The notes beneath the pieces were generated by a model. It did not search any database. It had not been told where the DNA came from and saw nothing but the letters and a program-made list of their open reading frames with translations. Position numbers and translations under genes: made by a program. From the IMG/VR virus record IMGVR_UViG_3300042261_002385, positions 372,001 to 436,000 of that record: a DNA stretch of 64,000 nucleotides. One strand, 5' to 3'. This document shows, piece by piece, positions 59,257-64,000 of the stretch; positions within the stretch are counted from its first letter, which is position 1; the number at the start of each line of letters is the position of its first letter.

Positions 59257-60906
59257 TTAAATTTTAGTTACGAGATTTTCTACAATTTGGAGACCTCTTA
59301 TTATTTTTGAATAATAATCATTTACTCTCCAATTTCTCAAATATTGACAAGCTCTTTCACCAGTATCTTGACCTAAATAATCTATGAAATTTGATAAATT
59401 ATCTAAACCGTAAGTGCTATTAGAAAAGAAGTTTGATAGACTTATCATTTTTTGACGAGCTATTTCTAAATCTTCTATGGTATTAAATTCACCAGACATT
59501 AGTCTTGTATAGAACTTTTGACTTATTCTTTCTAAACTTTCAACAATTGGTAAATATTTGTTTTCAGTTTCTTCACTGTCGGATTTTAGAATTTTTTTAA
59601 CAGTTTCTAAATTTTTAGTGATTCTAGTAGTTCTTTCAGCTGCTCTTTTGTAAAGGTCTTTGATTCTATTATTAATTTGATTAATGCAGTATTCTTTATT
59701 ACTTTCGTCTTCAGTAGACATCATATCATAATAAAGTTCTGATATTGATCCAAAATAGTTTTGATATCTTGAAGCTGATTCTAAGACAAACATTGACCAT
59801 CTACCACCAACTCCTCTAGATACTAAATTTTTGATATTAGACACATCGCCTATGATGTCAGCTTTAAGTGCAATTTGAGTAAGATATCTTTCAATATTTT
59901 GTTTTCTAACATCATCATCACTAACTACTAATCTGCTGCCAGATTTAAGTTCTTCTCTTTCATCTTTTATTTCACTTCTACGTTGATACTCACCCGACTT
60001 TAATTTATTTAAGTCTAACACTAAGGCAAAATGAGCATCTTTTATAGTAGATTCTACATTTGTTCCAGTATATGATTTAAAGTATTGGTTTAGTCCAACA
60101 TTCCACTCGTAAGGATCTACGGCATCTTTATCATCATCATCATCACCTTCTTCTTTTTCTTTAAGAACACAAATTCTGTTAAAATCTCCACCAGATACAT
60201 TCCAAGAGTATCTTCCATAACTTCTCCAAGCACTACCATTTGGTGATCCACCGTCGAACCTGTCTTGAATACAGAATACTTCTCCACCACTTTGAAAAAT
60301 CGTTGCAATTACATCTGGATCTCTATCATGTGCTGCAATTGTAACTTTTGTCAAGTGTGGTAGACTACGGAGAGTTCTTACTCCATTTGAATCAGGTAAC
60401 AGGGTAGATACTACTTTATATTTTTGCAAAGATTTTGATTTAGATGCTACGCTTCTAAGAACTCCATCAACTCCAGTTTGTGTGATGAATTTACCATCTG
60501 ATGAAAACCAGAATTTAATTATTTTTACCTCTGGTTGTTGTGGTTCTTTTCCAGATCCATCACAATGGGGACAATCAACGATTCTAGTTCTTTGACCCCA
60601 CATACGTGCTAATTTACCTGATTTACAAACCTCACCTTCAACACCGTGTTGTCTGAATGCGGTTTTAGAAGTCATTTTACAAGGTTCATCTTTAGGTTCA
60701 AATTTAACATTTAGTGCCTTTTTGAAAGGTAAGTATTCAAACATATCATCTGAAAACTGAGATAGTGGAAAATCGTAACTGCGAGCTAATTTTTCGAGTG
60801 TATTAATGAATCTTTGTTTAGATTCAGAATTTATATATCCTAAAATTTTAGTTAATTTAACTGATTCAAATGCTTCGAAAAGTTTGAGATATTTTAATTG
60901 TCTCAT
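59257..60906 (-). CDS. Large N-tagged hypothetical protein (MRQLKYLKLFEAFE)
   Basis: Zn-ribbon-like CPHCDGSG; helical C-half. Confidence 0.75.
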   Translation of the reverse strand: MRQLKYLKLFEAFESVKLTKILGYINSESKQRFINTLEKLARSYDFPLSQFSDDMFEYLPFKKALNVKFEPKDEPCKMTSKTAFRQHGVEGEVCKSGKLARMWGQRTRIVDCPHCDGSGKEPQQPEVKIIKFWFSSDGKFITQTGVDGVLRSVASKSKSLQKYKVVSTLLPDSNGVRTLRSLPHLTKVTIAAHDRDPDVIATIFQSGGEVFCIQDRFDGGSPNGSAWRSYGRYSWNVSGGDFNRICVLKEKEEGDDDDDKDAVDPYEWNVGLNQYFKSYTGTNVESTIKDAHFALVLDLNKLKSGEYQRRSEIKDEREELKSGSRLVVSDDDVRKQNIERYLTQIALKADIIGDVSNIKNLVSRGVGGRWSMFVLESASRYQNYFGSISELYYDMMSTEDESNKEYCINQINNRIKDLYKRAAERTTRITKNLETVKKILKSDSEETENKYLPIVESLERISQKFYTRLMSGEFNTIEDLEIARQKMISLSNFFSNSTYGLDNLSNFIDYLGQDTGERACQYLRNWRVNDYYSKIIRGLQIVENLVTKI

Positions 60907-62567
60907 ATTTGTGGACCTACGATTTCTACTTTTATTCCGCTTCTTCTTAGTTCGGATACATATTCTTTAGTTTGCTTGTCAACTATAAGGTCACCAGAAA
61001 TTACTAATTTTTTTACTTTTAAGTTACTGAAACCTTCTTTCATATCAGCTAATGTATCTAATGTATAAAGTATTTGTAATTCTTCCAATTCAGTGAATAT
61101 AGAAAGATCAATATCTCCTGTCATATCACAACTTAATATCTGAAGTTTCTTAATATTTGGATTTACTGAAACAATTTCTTCGAATATCTTAGAGTCAAAT
61201 TTACATTTATCAAATGCGATAGAGTCTGTTTTTACGTTGCTAAATCCTGACAATGTTTTTATTTTCAATGATTTGAATTTAATCCATTCTAAGTCAAGTG
61301 GAATTTGAGTCAAATTCTCTGGAATATCTGTAGTCTCAATTACTAGTTGTTTGATTTTTGCTTTTGGTGATATTTTTATCTTACTCCAGTCATAAACTGC
61401 ACTTAAGTAAAGTGATTTAGTATTTTTTCCAATAAACTGAGCTTGGTCAAGTCTCATTCTATCCATATAAGGAGCTCTAATTGAATCTTCAGGATCAATA
61501 TCCGGTGTGAATAAATATCTAGAAGAACTTGGGCTTGTGTTTTCAACGTTGCTTGAATATTTTGTTACAAGCTCGTCAAATATATCTTTCATCCTATCTG
61601 GATAAGCTCTGTCAAAGTAAATCTTTGCTTCACTTTGGTCATCAAATGATTCGATATTTCTAATCATCATTCTTGAAAGTGGTAGTTTATCTGATATTTT
61701 TTCATCATTCCAGAAAATCGGAGTATCAAATACAAAGAAAGCTGGAATTGAATTCGGATCGAAAACGTTTCCTAATAGTTGTTCTCTGTAGCCACCTGTG
61801 TATAAATGTTGACAAGAACTATAGAATTTTGAAATAGACATGTTCAAAATATCACTCGGATTGTGGTCAATCTGAAGATATATATCTCTTCCAAAGATTG
61901 CATATTCATATCTGTAGTCACTGTTGTGATTTTCTTTAGCTAAATTTCTTAATTGACTAATATCTCTTGATGAGAAAATAGTTGTAGAGACTCTATCATC
62001 TGGATAACATCTATTGTAGTCATCAACAAAGCTATTGATATTAATTAAGTTCGTTGAGAAAACAGGATCACCTGCATTCTTTTTAACACGAATCATATTT
62101 CCTTCTTCATCTCTAATTGGTCTACCATTCTCATCTTTTTGAATTCTTTCTGAAGCTTGAGTTTCTCTAATTTCTAATTTTCTAAATACCGGCTCATAGA
62201 TAAAAACTATTTGATCTACAGTTGGTGCTTGGATATTAAAATTATCCATAACCATTTTACTAGCATCGGTTAGAAGCTCTAAATTTATAGACTCTTGAAG
62301 AACATGATTGAATTTATCTGGAATACTTGTAAATGAATTCATAATATTTTCCATATTACAATCAAAAAAATAAGATAAAACTTTAAGTTTATCTTCTTCT
62401 TCAAGTTTCCATCTACCTTGTTTAATCTTATCGGTCGGATCTACTTCTTCATAATCTAAGTATTTCTCACCCCATTGTTGAGCAACAGCTTTTGCTTGTT
62501 TTGGTAAGATAATATCTTTGATTCTGGCTTCGTTTAACCATTGTTCTCTAGTTTTAATCCACTTCAT
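60903..62567 (-). CDS. Large N-tagged protein with LRR-like C-terminus (MKWIKTREQWLNE)
   Basis: IKQLVI, IKKLQI, LEELQI, VKKLVI repeats; AATATATA (-) 62572. Confidence 0.72.
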   Translation of the reverse strand: MKWIKTREQWLNEARIKDIILPKQAKAVAQQWGEKYLDYEEVDPTDKIKQGRWKLEEEDKLKVLSYFFDCNMENIMNSFTSIPDKFNHVLQESINLELLTDASKMVMDNFNIQAPTVDQIVFIYEPVFRKLEIRETQASERIQKDENGRPIRDEEGNMIRVKKNAGDPVFSTNLININSFVDDYNRCYPDDRVSTTIFSSRDISQLRNLAKENHNSDYRYEYAIFGRDIYLQIDHNPSDILNMSISKFYSSCQHLYTGGYREQLLGNVFDPNSIPAFFVFDTPIFWNDEKISDKLPLSRMMIRNIESFDDQSEAKIYFDRAYPDRMKDIFDELVTKYSSNVENTSPSSSRYLFTPDIDPEDSIRAPYMDRMRLDQAQFIGKNTKSLYLSAVYDWSKIKISPKAKIKQLVIETTDIPENLTQIPLDLEWIKFKSLKIKTLSGFSNVKTDSIAFDKCKFDSKIFEEIVSVNPNIKKLQILSCDMTGDIDLSIFTELEELQILYTLDTLADMKEGFSNLKVKKLVISGDLIVDKQTKEYVSELRRSGIKVEIVGPQI

Positions 62568-62642
62568 AAACTATATATTAAAATATTTTGTTTATTTTTT
62601 GATTTAGATAAAAACTTTAGTATCTTTGTCTATAACATAAAT

Positions 62643-63269
62643 ATGAAAACATCTTTTAAACTCTTTAACTTTTTAGGAGCACCAGTTGAAATTAGTGTCT
62701 GGTTTTTCTTAATTTTTCTTTTTTTGAATGTCAAAATAGTCTTAGCTCTTTTTATTTCTATATTAGTTCACGAAATGGCTCATGCGCTAGTTGCTCATAG
62801 ACTCGGCTGGGGATTCTATGGAATAAAACTAGACCTGTTTTTCGGAACTGCAAACGTAGATATGTCTATGCCTGAAAGAGATTCAATACGTGTCGTTGCT
62901 GCTGGCCCGCTAAGTAATTTGCTACTTGCTGGTGTGACTTTGTTAGGATATTCACTCGCTGTAAATTCAAACTTAGGTGTGAATCCACAAGTAGGTTCAT
63001 TTCTGAATAGTCTTTTTACTATAAATATGATTTTATTTATTTTCAACTTACTTCCTATTTTTCCGATGGATGGTGGTAGATTGGTTAGAGATATTTTACT
63101 TACTAGACTACGAAGTAGACTAAAAGCTCGTAGAATATCAGCAACAATATCATTGATAGCGTCAGCACTTCTTTTACTATATTCTGTTTCAATAAGTGCT
63201 ATTTTCTTAATATTCTTTTCGGCTTTCTTTATATGGATTGCTTATAAGGATCTTCAAGAACTTAAATAA
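62643..63269 (+). CDS. M50 family site-2 intramembrane metalloprotease
   Basis: VHEMAHAL, AAGPLSN, FNLLPIFPMDGGR; host-type promoter 62621. Confidence 0.9.
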   Translation: MKTSFKLFNFLGAPVEISVWFFLIFLFLNVKIVLALFISILVHEMAHALVAHRLGWGFYGIKLDLFFGTANVDMSMPERDSIRVVAAGPLSNLLLAGVTLLGYSLAVNSNLGVNPQVGSFLNSLFTINMILFIFNLLPIFPMDGGRLVRDILLTRLRSRLKARRISATISLIASALLLLYSVSISAIFLIFFSAFFIWIAYKDLQELK

Positions 63270-63535
63270 TCAAATAAATATATAGTTTATGATACTAAAA
63301 GACTGGCAAGTAATTGCTGAATCTGATGAATGTGTATTAGTTACTATTGATGAATCTGTCGATATCAATGGTTTGGAACTAACATTAATTAGTGATACTA
63401 GAACTCCAATTTTAAAGTTAAAGGTAACTTGTAGAGAGATACACATTTGTTCACATACTGAGAAGCCAATGTTTGCTCAATTAGGAAACTCTGTCAAATA
63501 CGTAAAGGGTTCTGGAAAATCTATGTATACAGAAA

Positions 63536-63724
63536 ATGTGTGATTGGAAACGACTTCGTGTTGATGAATTAATAGAAGGAGTTGATTTCTATTGGGAAGA
63601 AAAAGAAGGTATTAGACTTAGAGTTTTTACTGAATCTTATTTACAGATGATTAGACCAAAGTGTTGTGAATCAGGTTGTCGACACTGTCCGTGGAATTTT
63701 AAAAAAGAGAATAATGTCAAATAA
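63536..63724 (+). CDS. DUF5522-like Cys-rich small protein
   Basis: EGVDFY..VFTESYL..CCESGCRHCPW. Confidence 0.75.
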   Translation: MCDWKRLRVDELIEGVDFYWEEKEGIRLRVFTESYLQMIRPKCCESGCRHCPWNFKKENNVK

Positions 63725-63953
63725 ATTTTACTGCCCTGGTTGTGGTTATGTTTGTGCTTTAGTTACAGATTTAAATGATATATACGTTGCTAAAATTAAC
63801 AAAAGAATATGGGTTGATTTTACGAATTATCAATGTGATAAATGTTTTGATTCATTTACTACTACAGAATTAGATGAATTGAATTTGTTTGAAATTAATA
63901 AAGCAATTCGACGGTCTGAAAGAAAAACTAAAATAAAAACGTTATTAAAGTAA
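63714..63953 (+). CDS. C-tagged Zn-ribbon protein (ERKTKIKTLLK)
   Basis: CPGC..CDKCFDSFTT; ATG at 63714. Confidence 0.65.
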   Translation: MSNKFYCPGCGYVCALVTDLNDIYVAKINKRIWVDFTNYQCDKCFDSFTTTELDELNLFEINKAIRRSERKTKIKTLLK

Positions 63954-63985
63954 AAAAAACCCTCTGATTTCTCAGAGGGTTTTTT
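63954..63985. terminator. Intrinsic terminator
   Basis: aaaaaaccctctga-tttc-tcagagggtttttt. Confidence 0.85.
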
Positions 63986-64000
63986 GTGTAAATTAATTTA

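Noticed and set aside
1-64000. CRISPR array or integron attC cassette array behind the many small genes
   Set aside because: No regularly spaced nucleotide repeats seen; the recurring elements are peptide motifs and short promoters, and many genes overlap by ATGA-type coupling.
1-64000. Stop-codon reassignment (alternative genetic code)
   Set aside because: Recognisable genes (clpP, murI, sigma, ABC exporter) are full length in code 11, and TAA, TAG and TGA all end genes, including right after C-tags.
1-64000. Bacterial chromosome or eukaryotic giant virus origin
   Set aside because: Housekeeping-like genes are isolated among many short unknown ORFs with endolysin and tail-type genes. Bacterial promoters, intrinsic terminators and a sigma factor argue against a eukaryotic virus. 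Core phage genes are outside the window, so phage identity remains a strong inference.

Overview
A very AT-rich, gene-dense 64-kb segment. It is best read as the accessory arm of a large (jumbo-type) tailed phage infecting a Bacteroidota host. Support: about 19 TAnnTTTG Bacteroidota sigma-A promoters, a short Bacteroidota-type RpoD, DUF1573 and T9SS sorting domains, a GH19 endolysin, a holin-like gene, LamG and tail-collar proteins, and a GIY-YIG endonuclease. No capsid, terminase, polymerase, tRNA, rRNA or CRISPR array is visible. Host-like genes include clpP, murI, a PCD/phhB-like gene, TerC, an ABC exporter, an M50 protease, HAD phosphatases and methyltransferases. The main observation is a window-wide two-tag system. 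(1) About 28 otherwise diverse ORFs start with MK(H/Y/R)(L/I)Kx(F/Y)xxFE, resembling the T4 capsid-targeting sequence, and nearly all lie behind an AATATATA late-type promoter. (2) About 28 different ORFs end in a helix (L/I)R(D/E)xK(L/I)xx(L/I)(G/L)(I/L) and mostly lie in host-promoter operons. The two tags are essentially mutually exclusive and are also appended to recognisable host-derived folds (MurI and PCD carry tag 1; a Ser-less ACP mimic carries tag 2). Other candidates are a kissing-loop ncRNA at 44.7-44.9 kb, phage-encoded T9SS substrates, and a strand-skew switch near 50.9 kb. All family calls are by-eye motif recognition; no database searches were run.
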